From an uncultured Bacteroidales bacterium (GTDB taxonomy: Bacteria > Bacteroidota > Bacteroidia > Bacteroidales > UBA10428), in NCBI GenBank assembly GCA_964560225.1, contig CAZLLD010000005.1:5223-69222 (forward strand): DNA of 64,000 nt, in the 5' to 3' direction. The position numbers were made by a program, and so were the translations under genes. Numbering within the stretch: the stretch's first letter is position 1; the number at the start of each line of letters is the position of its first letter. The notes beneath the pieces were generated by a model. That model worked only from the letters and a program-made list of their open reading frames with translations. It searched no databases and was not told where the DNA came from. This document shows positions 50,505 through 59,101 of the stretch, piece by piece.

Positions 50505-51152
50505 TTATAATCCGATAAAGACAATTCCAATTCCACACAAAGCAATTGCAGCACCAGCTATAACATGCTGGTATTTCTCCAGGGTATGGAGTTTGACAAA
50601 AGAAATTCCTTTGAGCATGAGCCAAACCATAACAATCATGGTAGTGATTGTAGTTACTGCAAAGATGGATGAAATATAGGCAATTGCAGCATAATTATGT
50701 TGCGCTGCCGGATACATAAGAATTGGTATGAGCGGCTCGCAGGGGCCAAAAATGAATATAGTAAACAAAATCCAGAATGTCATCTTTTTCTTATTGCTCA
50801 CACCATGTTCATGGGTATGCGGATGCTGCTTCCAAAGCCTGTATAACCCCCAGGCCATGTATGCAATACCAAAGGTCAGCAGCAACCATGCTGCTATATT
50901 TCCACGGATTCCTTCAACTTTTTCAATGCCTGAGATGGCAATTCCTGCTGCAATACCTATAAAACCAATTATCACAGAGCTCAACACATGCCCCAGTCCG
51001 CACAACACCGTAACGTTTATTGTTTTCATCATGCTCCAGTTCCTTGATTTGGACATGGCCACAAAGGGCAGGTAGTGGTCTGGACCAGCAAGAGTATGCA
51101 ACGATCCGATGGTAAGGGCAGTTACTGCGAGAACTGAAAGGTTTGATTCCAT
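50505..51152 (-). CDS. RcnA/NicO-like nickel/cobalt transporter family membrane protein
   Basis: 215 aa with about 6 transmembrane helices. Motif LHTLAGPDH in TM1, GLGHVLSS, and a His-rich loop QHPHTHEHG. Confidence 0.5.
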   Translation of the reverse strand: MESNLSVLAVTALTIGSLHTLAGPDHYLPFVAMSKSRNWSMMKTINVTVLCGLGHVLSSVIIGFIGIAAGIAISGIEKVEGIRGNIAAWLLLTFGIAYMAWGLYRLWKQHPHTHEHGVSNKKKMTFWILFTIFIFGPCEPLIPILMYPAAQHNYAAIAYISSIFAVTTITTMIVMVWLMLKGISFVKLHTLEKYQHVIAGAAIALCGIGIVFIGL

Positions 51153-51308
51153 AAAAATACAATCAAGTGAGTGTTAAATGGCTATTTTATTGCAAGTTAT
51201 TCAAATATCACTATAAAAATATTCGTGTCACCAATATACAACAATCTTTAAAATTTCAATGCCATGTAATTGTTATCTTTGGAAAATCAGTATAAAATAT
51301 TCTTAGCA

Positions 51309-51782
51309 ATGAAAGCCAACAAAGAAGGAAGATACAGAAGAATACAGGAACAATTGGCGGACCTTTTTTCACGCACATCAGGTATGCTTTCCAGGATGGC
51401 AACCATCAATGCACTGTTGTATCACAAGATGGAAGGATTTTTCTGGGTGGGGTTTTACCTTCTGGATGAAGGCAAACTGTTGGTGGGACCTTACCAGGGT
51501 CCGTTGGCCTGCCTGGAATTACCTTCAAAAGAAGGTGTATGCTGGCGAGGTATAACAACAGGCCATACTGTAATCGTTCCGGATGTTCATAACTTTCCGG
51601 GGCATATTGCATGCGATTCCCGTTCCAGATCCGAAATTGTTGTTCCGGTTTATGACAGGGACAACAAACTACGTGGAGTATTGGATATCGACAGTCGTGA
51701 ATTGAATCACTTTGACGAGGCAGATGCCAAAAACCTTGAAAAAATTGCAGCGCTGATATTTAAAGATCAGGACTTGTTGTAG
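51309..51782 (+). CDS. msrC: GAF-domain protein, free methionine-(R)-sulfoxide reductase (MsrC/YebR) type
   Basis: Start chosen at the ATG MKANKEG; the track start at 51270 is TTG. Motifs FFWVGFYL, GPLAC, HIACDSRSRSEIVVPV. Confidence 0.7.
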   Translation: MKANKEGRYRRIQEQLADLFSRTSGMLSRMATINALLYHKMEGFFWVGFYLLDEGKLLVGPYQGPLACLELPSKEGVCWRGITTGHTVIVPDVHNFPGHIACDSRSRSEIVVPVYDRDNKLRGVLDIDSRELNHFDEADAKNLEKIAALIFKDQDLL

Positions 51783-52159
51783 CCTTCGAGCAGTTCAGCG
51801 ATTTTTTCAATGGAATAAGGTTTTCCAAGCATGTGGTTAAATCCCGATTCATTGCATTTCTCAATATACATTCCCGGATTATGTGCTGTTAAGGCAATAA
51901 TGGGTATGTCATTTTTTGGATGCACAAGCTTTTCACGAATGTAGCGCATCGCTTCAAATCCGTTCATTACCGGCATTTCAAGGTCCATCAGAACCAGATC
52001 AACATCATGGTGATCTTCCAGTGCTTTCAATGCCTGTTTTCCGTTTTCCACTTCAATTGATTCATGCCCCAGATTTTTTATTATCTCTGAAACAAGCAAG
52101 CGGTTTGTGTAATAATCATCTGCAACAATAATCTTCATACCTTCACAGTTTTCCTTCAC
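51767..52159 (-). CDS. Stand-alone CheY-like receiver protein
   Basis: 130 aa. IIVADDY, DLVLMDLEMPVMNG, IIALTA, and ...LGKP. Its 3' end overlaps the convergent GAF gene by 16 nt. Confidence 0.85.
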   Translation of the reverse strand: MKENCEGMKIIVADDYYTNRLLVSEIIKNLGHESIEVENGKQALKALEDHHDVDLVLMDLEMPVMNGFEAMRYIREKLVHPKNDIPIIALTAHNPGMYIEKCNESGFNHMLGKPYSIEKIAELLEGYNKS

Positions 52160-52161
52160 TT

Positions 52162-52845
52162 TTATCCTAATTCACTTAGTGTTCTGATAATTTTTATACT
52201 GTTAATGCTTACGCGGGATCCCTCCAGACTGATAATTTTATCGTTTTTAAATTCTGAAAGCGTTCTGATAAAGCTTTCTTTTGTGGTACCTGCCAGTTCA
52301 GCCAGCTCTCTGCGGGTGAACGGAAATGAAAATTCTTCCTTTTTATATATGGTATCAGAAAAATAAAGAATCACATCAGCGATTCTTCCGGGTAATTGCT
52401 TATGCGATTGTCCAATAAGTCTTTCAAAAATAAACAATCCTTCCTCACTCAGCGATTTAATAACCTGCTGGGCGAAACAACCATTGCCATTCAGAATGTC
52501 ATTAAATTCTTTCAGGTCAATGAATCCAATTTCAGTTGGTTCAATTGCCGATGCAGAGAATTGGTTCATCGTATTCCCAAAAACCGACATCAATCCGATA
52601 AACTCACCTTTTGAAGCAATTCTGAGGATAAAGCTCTTTTTGTTTCTGCCCTCCTTGAAAATTTTCACCAAACCCGATTTCACGAATAAAACATGAGAAA
52701 CTGGTGTATGTTGGCGAAAAATTGTCTCCTTTCGCTGGAATGAAACCAGGTGGGTACTGACGCGCAACCTTTCCAGCTCTTCAGGACGCAGGCATTCCTG
52801 CGCTGAAAAATCAAATTGGTGGTCAGTTGAAGAATTTGCGTTCAT
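52162..52845 (-). CDS. Crp/Fnr-family transcriptional regulator
   Basis: Start chosen at MNANSSTD. cNMP-binding beta-roll (...LFVKSGLVKIFKEGRNKK.FILRIASKGEFIG) and a C-terminal HTH (RRELAELAGTTKESFIRTLSEFK). Confidence 0.85.
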   Translation of the reverse strand: MNANSSTDHQFDFSAQECLRPEELERLRVSTHLVSFQRKETIFRQHTPVSHVLFVKSGLVKIFKEGRNKKSFILRIASKGEFIGLMSVFGNTMNQFSASAIEPTEIGFIDLKEFNDILNGNGCFAQQVIKSLSEEGLFIFERLIGQSHKQLPGRIADVILYFSDTIYKKEEFSFPFTRRELAELAGTTKESFIRTLSEFKNDKIISLEGSRVSINSIKIIRTLSELG

Positions 52846-52942
52846 AGACTTTATATGGATTTTAAAATTAATTAAAAAAATCCAACAGCCTATGTTCAAT
52901 TTATAAACAACCGGAACGGGATTTAGTTATTGCCTGCAATCA

Positions 52943-54364
52943 TCAACTGGCATGAAGGAGCTCCAACAAGTTGCCGACCGAGCTGATTTCAATGAAGGAT
53001 GCACTCTGTGTCCATTCAAAATTGCCACCCAGCACAACAACCTTATCAGATTTTTCGAGCTGTTTTCTTTCAAGCAAAGTTTTCAGGGCATGAATAATGA
53101 AATTGTAAGTATTTCCTTCCGGAATTTTGTCGGCGTAAACTCCAAAAGACAGAGCCAGTTCACGAACTACCCGTGAATCATAACACTGGGCAAATACAAC
53201 TTTTCTTCCCCTGTAACCTACAATATTTCGGATCGTCCTGCCGGTTGATGTATCGGCAATGATTGCCCTGCAATCAAGTTCGAGTGAAGCTTCCACGGCT
53301 GACTTAGATAAGTACGCCGACGTTCTTGTACTCATAACGAGCATGGGGGTAACATGCATATCGCTTCGGCTCTTTTCAACTTCATGTGCTATTCTTGCCA
53401 TTGTGCACACTGCTTCAACCGGGTAATTTCCATAGGCAGTTTCGCCACTGAGCATGATCGCATCCGCTTTAGAATAGATTGCGTTTGCAATATCCGATAC
53501 TTCAGCTCGTGTAGGTCTTGGATTTTCTATCATGGAGTGAAGCATTTGAGTAGCCACAATCACCGGTTTACGGGCATCAATACATTTATTGATGATCATT
53601 TTCTGAATGCCCGGAATTTTCTCATAGGGAATTTCAATGGCAAGATCTCCTCTTGCCACCATTACTCCATTAACGAAAGGCAAAATCTCATCAAGATTAT
53701 CAACACCTTCCTGGTTTTCAATTTTGGCAATAATTTTAATGCGTGATTTCTGTTCATCCAGGATATGCTGAATGGACATGACATCATTTTTATTTCTAAC
53801 AAAGGAATGAGCAATAAAATCTATATCCTGTTCTATTGCCAGTTTGATATAATCCATATCTTTCCCGCTCAACGACGGAAGCGTGAAACTGGCACCAGGC
53901 ACATTGACACTTTTCTTTCCCTTAACGGTTCCATCATTGGTTGCAATGCATACAAGGGCATCACCTGACTTTTCAACGACTTCAAATTCAATATCACCAT
54001 CATCAATCAGGATCTTTCTGCCTGGTTCAAGTTCATCTGCAAACCTATTGTAATTGACATAAATGCAATCGGGAGTGGAACTTTTTGAGGCATCTCCACG
54101 GATGCTGATGCGATCGCCCTTTTTTACATCGATTTTATAGTCTGATGGAGTTGTTCTGATTTCAGGACCTTTTGTATCAAGTATAAGGGGTATCTTATCT
54201 GAAACCGACCTGACGTTTCGGATTACTTTTATGGTGTCATCTATAGACTGATGGGCAGTATTCAACCTAACAGCATCCATACCGCTATCGTAAAGTTTTT
54301 TTATGAATTCCACATCACATTTGAGGTCGGAAATTGTGGCAACGATCTTGGTTTTCTTAAGCAT
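52943..54364 (-). CDS. pyk: Pyruvate kinase
   Basis: Start chosen at MLKKTKIVATIS. Motifs LDTKGPEIRT, MVARGDLAIEIP, and ATQMLHSM. Confidence 0.93.
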   Translation of the reverse strand: MLKKTKIVATISDLKCDVEFIKKLYDSGMDAVRLNTAHQSIDDTIKVIRNVRSVSDKIPLILDTKGPEIRTTPSDYKIDVKKGDRISIRGDASKSSTPDCIYVNYNRFADELEPGRKILIDDGDIEFEVVEKSGDALVCIATNDGTVKGKKSVNVPGASFTLPSLSGKDMDYIKLAIEQDIDFIAHSFVRNKNDVMSIQHILDEQKSRIKIIAKIENQEGVDNLDEILPFVNGVMVARGDLAIEIPYEKIPGIQKMIINKCIDARKPVIVATQMLHSMIENPRPTRAEVSDIANAIYSKADAIMLSGETAYGNYPVEAVCTMARIAHEVEKSRSDMHVTPMLVMSTRTSAYLSKSAVEASLELDCRAIIADTSTGRTIRNIVGYRGRKVVFAQCYDSRVVRELALSFGVYADKIPEGNTYNFIIHALKTLLERKQLEKSDKVVVLGGNFEWTQSASFIEISSVGNLLELLHAS

Positions 54365-54448
54365 AATTCGCTTTTTAGTTAAAAAATCGTGCAAAAGTAT
54401 GAATTAACTTCAAATAAATTAATTTCACCCTAAAATTATTAAAAGCAG

Positions 54449-55402
54449 TTGGATTGGCCAAGATACACAACAGGTTATAAGGCATTTCTCAAAATTGAGA
54501 AATCGCTTTCCGGAAATTCTGTCACTGCTTATCTGACCGATTTGGATAAACTGAAGGCATTCCTCGATATCAGAGGTCTTCAGTTGCACCCCGAAGAGAT
54601 CAGTTACGAATTATTGAAAGATTTCCTGGTGTGGATCAATGAGCTGGGCATGAGTCCGCGCAGCCAGGCCCGTTTAGTTTCCGGGATCAAATCATTTTTC
54701 CGTTACCTGGTTATCGATGAAAGAATTGCTGAAGATCCGGCATCGCTGCTTGAAGCGCCAAAACCAGGAAGAAAACTGCCCGTGGTTCTCAGCATTGAAG
54801 AAATTGACCGGATCATGGTCGCTATTGACCTGAGCAAAAATGAGGGACATCGGAACAAGGCCATCATTGAAACGTTATACAGTTGCGGTCTGCGGGTTTC
54901 AGAGCTGATTGAACTGAAAATCACCAATTTGAATTTTAATGAAGGTTTCATTAAGGTTACCGGAAAAGGGAGCAAAGAAAGACTGGTCCCCATCAGTGAA
55001 AAAGCAATGAAAGAAATTGAGAACTACTTCTCCCAATTCAGAACTCACCTTGTTCCGGTAAAAGGTTCAGAGAATATTGTTTTCCTGAATCGCAGGGGAA
55101 GCAAACTTACCCGCGTGATGATATTCCATATAGTCAGGGATCTGTGCATGAAATGCGGTGTAGAAAAGAAGGTAAGTCCGCATACCTTCAGACATTCTTT
55201 TGCCACCCACCTGGTTGAAGGAGGGGCTGACCTAAGGGCTGTTCAGGAAATGTTGGGACATGAATCCATTCTTACAACTGAGATATATACACACCTCGAT
55301 CGCCAATACCTGAAAGATGTGATGTTGCAATATCATCCCAGGTCACGGAAAAGTCAAGCCAGATCATTCGGCAGAAACAAAAAATCCGGGTTGCCCTTTT
55401 AA
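54449..55402 (+). CDS. xerD: Tyrosine recombinase XerD-like
   Basis: 317 aa with a TTG start. N-terminal SAM-like domain (YKAFLKIEKSLSGNSVTAYLTDL). Catalytic residues sit in GLRVSEL, HTFRHSFATHL, LGHESILTTEIYTH. It carries a roughly 20-aa basic tail beyond the usual end. Confidence 0.85.
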   Translation: MDWPRYTTGYKAFLKIEKSLSGNSVTAYLTDLDKLKAFLDIRGLQLHPEEISYELLKDFLVWINELGMSPRSQARLVSGIKSFFRYLVIDERIAEDPASLLEAPKPGRKLPVVLSIEEIDRIMVAIDLSKNEGHRNKAIIETLYSCGLRVSELIELKITNLNFNEGFIKVTGKGSKERLVPISEKAMKEIENYFSQFRTHLVPVKGSENIVFLNRRGSKLTRVMIFHIVRDLCMKCGVEKKVSPHTFRHSFATHLVEGGADLRAVQEMLGHESILTTEIYTHLDRQYLKDVMLQYHPRSRKSQARSFGRNKKSGLPF

Positions 55403-55417
55403 AGACAACCCGGATTT
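55382..55417 (-). terminator. Rho-independent terminator for the minus-strand TonB-like gene, embedded in the xerD 3' end
   Basis: Perfect 12-bp stem AAATCCGGGTTG / CAACCCGGATTT with a 12-nt loop that contains the xerD stop codon. The minus strand continues with TTTTTGTTT. Confidence 0.55.
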
Positions 55418-55446
55418 CATGTAATAGTATTGACAGATCCGCGATA

Positions 55447-55944
55447 TCAGATCAGTTGGAATCTTACCGGGATCACAATGGTGATTTTCCTGGCAAAGCC
55501 ATTCTGCATTGCCGGTTTCAGTTTCAGTTTCCTCACTGCTTTGCATACCTGTTCAGTGCATTCCGATCCAACATCTTCGAGGATCATTACATTGGTAATG
55601 TGACCATCCGTTTCAACGGTGCACATCACTTTAACAACTCCTTCAACTCCTTTTTCAATGGCAGATTGAGGATATTCAATAAGATTCTGCAAAGAGGTGC
55701 TCAAATCCAATCCATTTTCAGCAGCAGGATAAATTTCAACGTTCTTTAACTCGTTGAGATTTTCATTGTGAACTACCAATCCGAGTGCAGGCTCTAAATA
55801 AATGTCTGCCATTACATCAGAGGATAAACCTGGTGCTTCCGGCAAAGATTTATCAGCCCTACCTGTTTGTGCAAAGGAAACACCAAACACACAAATCAAG
55901 TATAGTGCTGATAAACAAACTGATCTAAAAATAGTTGTTTTCAT
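55447..55944 (-). CDS. Small secreted TonB-C-terminal-domain protein
   Basis: 165 aa with a signal peptide. TonB_C-like YPQSAIEKGVEGVVKVMCTVETDGHITNVMILE...AVRKLKLKPAMQNG. Confidence 0.6.
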   Translation of the reverse strand: MKTTIFRSVCLSALYLICVFGVSFAQTGRADKSLPEAPGLSSDVMADIYLEPALGLVVHNENLNELKNVEIYPAAENGLDLSTSLQNLIEYPQSAIEKGVEGVVKVMCTVETDGHITNVMILEDVGSECTEQVCKAVRKLKLKPAMQNGFARKITIVIPVRFQLI

Positions 55945-56189
55945 GGAGGACAGTTTTATTGGTTACGGAAGGATCCTGTCAATTGTCATGCCAATTCGCT
56001 TATATGCTTGTATACTTGATTTATATGTATTTTTTTCGCAACTAATTCATCTTGATTTTGCACCTAAACCGTGCAGGTGATGTTCGTTTCCGGACAAATC
56101 TGTTACATGAAGCAGCCTGGTAAATTGAAAGCTATAACCAAGGCCCGTTTTATTTTTATTGAGATATACCCACTGCAGCAATTTTTTAT

Positions 56190-56197
56190 TAAGTTTG
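56190..56197 (+). promoter_or_regulatory. Candidate -7 promoter box TAAGTTTG for ppdK
   Basis: Matches TAnnTTTG, 59 nt upstream of the ATG. Confidence 0.3.
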
Positions 56198-56255
56198 TGC
56201 TTTTTAAAATCAATTGGTTTATTATTAACATATTGAAAACTAAATAAATAATAAG

Positions 56256-58982
56256 ATGTCGAACATTAAACGCGTTTACACATTTGGGGCTAAGAAAGCC
56301 GAAGGTAAAGCAGACATGAAGAATTTGCTTGGTGGTAAAGGAGCTAACCTGGCTGAAATGTGTTTGTTAGGCCTGCCTGTACCTGCAGGGTTTACAATTA
56401 CTACAGAAGTATGTACTGAATATTATGCCAACAACCATCAGCTTCCTCCCGAGTTGATGCCGGAAGTTTGGGCTGCAATGAAAAACACTGAAAACATCAT
56501 GGGCATGAAATATGGTGATGCCGAGAACGCATTGCTGGTATCATGCCGTTCCGGTGCACGCAGTTCCATGCCTGGTATGATGGACACTGTTCTCAACATC
56601 GGATTGTGTTCTGCAACCATTCCCGGTTTTATCAAGAAGACCAACAACCCGCGTTTTGTATGGGATTCCTATCGCCGTCTGATTATGATGTACGCTGACG
56701 TTGTTATGGAAAAAGCCGAAGGACTTGAGCCTTCTGATGGCAAGGGCATTCGTAAGCAACTCGATGACATGCTTGACGAATACAAGCATAAAAAGGGATA
56801 TAAATCAGACACTGATTTGAGCGCTGACGATCTCAAGTTCCTGGCTGAAGAATTTAAGAAAAGAGTGCAGAGCTCACTGGGTCAGCCTTTCCCTGATGAC
56901 GCCAAGGCTCAGCTGGAAGGTGGCATTAAGGCAGTTTTCAAAAGCTGGAACGGAAAGAAAGCTATTTCTTACCGCCGTATTGAAGGTATTCCCGATGACT
57001 GGGGCACTGCTGTTAACGTACAAGCCATGGTATTCGGCAATATGGGCGATACATCTGCAACGGGTGTTGCCTTTACGCGTAACCCCGCCACCGGTGAAAA
57101 CCTGTTCTATGGCGAATGGCTCATCAACGCTCAGGGTGAAGATGTGGTAGCCGGTATTCGTACCCCCAACCCGTTGAACAACGACACCAAGAATGAGCAG
57201 AACCAGCATCTGAAGAGTATGCAGGAAGCCATGTCCGGTACCTACAAAGAACTTTGCGACATACGCGATATTCTTGAGAATTCTTTCAAGGATATGCTTG
57301 ATATCGAATTTACCATTCAGGAAGGCACATTGTATATGTTGCAGTGCCGTGCCGGTAAACGAACCGGAACTGCTGCACTGAACATGGCCATGGACATGCT
57401 GAAGGAAGGACTCATTGACGAGAAGAGAGCCGTGATGCGTGTTGATCCCGCACAGCTTGATGAGTTATTGCATCCGATTTGTGACCCGAACGCCGAAAAG
57501 AAAGCCAGTGTTATCGTTAAGGGCTTGCCTGCCGGTCCCGGTGCTGCCGTTGGAAAGATTGTTTTCACCGCTGAAGATGCTGTTGCCTGGAACCGTAAGG
57601 GTGAAAAGGTTATCCTGGTGCGTGAAGAAACCAATCCCGAAGACGTTGAAGGTATGCGCGCTGCCGAGGGTATTCTTACCGCCCGTGGTGGTATGACCTC
57701 GCACGCTGCATTGGTAGCCCGCGGTTGGGGAAAATGCTGTATTGTTGGTGCCGGTCACCTGCATGTTGACGTAGCCGGTAAGAAGGCCAAGGTTGCCGGA
57801 AGCGACCTGGTGCTGAAAGAAGGTGACGTAATTACACTGAACGGTACCAAGGGAAATGTATACCAGGGCGCTATTTCCCTGATGGATGCATCTGAAAATC
57901 CCAGGTTCCAGGAATTCATGAAAATGGTTGATAAAAACCGCACCATGGGCGTTCGTACCAATGCAGATACTCCTGCCGATGCCAAAATCGCCCGCGATTT
58001 TGGTGCTGAAGGAATCGGACTGTTCCGTACCGAGCATATGTTCTATGGTGAAGGTTCCGATCAGCCCTTGTTCCTGCTTCGCAAAATGATTCTCAGCCAT
58101 ACGCTTGAAGAGCGCAAATCGGCGCTGAACGAATTGTTCCCGTTTGTCAAGACGAGCATCAAGGGAACGCTCGAAGCCATGAACGGACTGCCTGTTACCT
58201 TCCGTTTACTTGACCCCCCACTGCATGAATTTGTACCGCAAAGTGCCGAAAAACAGGCTGAATTAGCCAAAGCTTTGGGTATCAGCGCTGCTGAAATTGC
58301 CAAACGGGGTGAACAACTTCATGAATCCAACCCCATGATGGGTCACCGCGGTGTGCGCCTGGGCGTAACTTACCCCGAAGTTTCTGAAATGCAGATCAGG
58401 GCTATTTTCGAATCCTATGCCGAACTGAAGAAAGAAGGAAAGGATCCGCATCCCGAAATCATGGTTCCGGTAACCTGCGATGTATCTGAACTCGACTTTA
58501 CCAAGAAGATAGCTGACAGGGTATATGCTGAGGTATGCGCCAAATTCGGCCTGAATTCCATTGAATACAAATATGGTACCATGATCGAAATCCCCCGTGC
58601 CTGCCTGCTTGCTGACAAGATGGCCAAGTCGGCCGAGTTCTTCTCTTTCGGTACCAATGACCTTACCCAGATGTCGTTCGGCTTCAGCCGTGATGATATC
58701 GGAGGATTCATTCATCATTACCTTGATTATAAAATGCTGTCTGCCGATCCGTTCCAGACTATTGACCAGGATGGCGTTGGCCAGCTGATCAAAATGGCCG
58801 TTGACAAGGGCCGTGGTACCCGTAAAGACCTGAAGGTTGGTATTTGCGGTGAACAGGGCGGCGATCCGGCATCCGTTGAATTTTGCTATAAAACGGGCCT
58901 TACCTATGTAAGCTGCTCCCCGTTCAGGGTTCCTATTGCCCGTTTGGCCGCTGCACAGGCAGCTATCAAGGCCGCAAAATAA
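56256..58982 (+). CDS. ppdK: Pyruvate, phosphate dikinase
   Basis: 908 aa. LLGGKGANLAEM, phosphohistidine motif GGMTSHAALVARG, and FFSFGTNDLTQ. Confidence 0.97.
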   Translation: MSNIKRVYTFGAKKAEGKADMKNLLGGKGANLAEMCLLGLPVPAGFTITTEVCTEYYANNHQLPPELMPEVWAAMKNTENIMGMKYGDAENALLVSCRSGARSSMPGMMDTVLNIGLCSATIPGFIKKTNNPRFVWDSYRRLIMMYADVVMEKAEGLEPSDGKGIRKQLDDMLDEYKHKKGYKSDTDLSADDLKFLAEEFKKRVQSSLGQPFPDDAKAQLEGGIKAVFKSWNGKKAISYRRIEGIPDDWGTAVNVQAMVFGNMGDTSATGVAFTRNPATGENLFYGEWLINAQGEDVVAGIRTPNPLNNDTKNEQNQHLKSMQEAMSGTYKELCDIRDILENSFKDMLDIEFTIQEGTLYMLQCRAGKRTGTAALNMAMDMLKEGLIDEKRAVMRVDPAQLDELLHPICDPNAEKKASVIVKGLPAGPGAAVGKIVFTAEDAVAWNRKGEKVILVREETNPEDVEGMRAAEGILTARGGMTSHAALVARGWGKCCIVGAGHLHVDVAGKKAKVAGSDLVLKEGDVITLNGTKGNVYQGAISLMDASENPRFQEFMKMVDKNRTMGVRTNADTPADAKIARDFGAEGIGLFRTEHMFYGEGSDQPLFLLRKMILSHTLEERKSALNELFPFVKTSIKGTLEAMNGLPVTFRLLDPPLHEFVPQSAEKQAELAKALGISAAEIAKRGEQLHESNPMMGHRGVRLGVTYPEVSEMQIRAIFESYAELKKEGKDPHPEIMVPVTCDVSELDFTKKIADRVYAEVCAKFGLNSIEYKYGTMIEIPRACLLADKMAKSAEFFSFGTNDLTQMSFGFSRDDIGGFIHHYLDYKMLSADPFQTIDQDGVGQLIKMAVDKGRGTRKDLKVGICGEQGGDPASVEFCYKTGLTYVSCSPFRVPIARLAAAQAAIKAAK

Positions 58983-59002
58983 TCATTCTGAACTGCTTTC
59001 TG

Positions 59003-59039
59003 AAAAGCCGCCGGTTTCTTTACCTGCGGCTTTTTTTTA
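59003..59039 (+). terminator. Rho-independent terminator after ppdK
   Basis: Stem AAGCCGC / GCGGCTT followed by a T8 run. Confidence 0.7.
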
Positions 59040-59052
59040 TTGACAAAAATCA

Positions 59053-59060
59053 TATCTTTG
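59053..59060 (+). promoter_or_regulatory. Candidate -7 promoter box TATCTTTG for pckA
   Basis: Matches TAnnTTTG, 42 nt upstream of the ATG. Confidence 0.35.
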
Positions 59061-59101
59061 CCAGGTTTAAAAATTGAGTATTAACAATAAAAATTGACCA
59101 A

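Noticed and set aside
54449-55402. Tyrosine recombinase, considered as a marker of an integrated mobile element or island boundary.
   Set aside because: The sequence has the XerD-type N-terminal and catalytic motifs. It sits among central-metabolism genes, with no flanking direct repeats, tRNA, or phage/conjugation genes. It is interpreted as the housekeeping chromosome-dimer resolvase.
55802-56080. 92-aa plus-strand ORF spanning the TonB-like gene start and the ppdK upstream region.
   Set aside because: It overlaps the 5' end of a supported minus-strand gene, has hydrophobic junk-like composition and no promoter or motif. It is likely spurious.
56095-56125. GAAGCAGCC 9-mer resembling the SRP (4.5S) RNA domain IV motif, in the 311-nt gap upstream of ppdK.
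   Set aside because: There is no GGAA tetraloop, no matching 5' strand (AGGUCC-type), and no extended helix around it. A single 9-mer match is expected by chance in 2 x 64 kb.
57465-58718. Long antisense ORFs inside ppdK (211 aa at 57465-58100, 151 aa at 58263-58718).
   Set aside because: They lie entirely opposite a very well-supported conserved gene. They have odd Gly/Thr/Asn/Phe-rich composition, no recognisable motifs and no promoter box. They are typical shadow ORFs of a GC3-rich gene.
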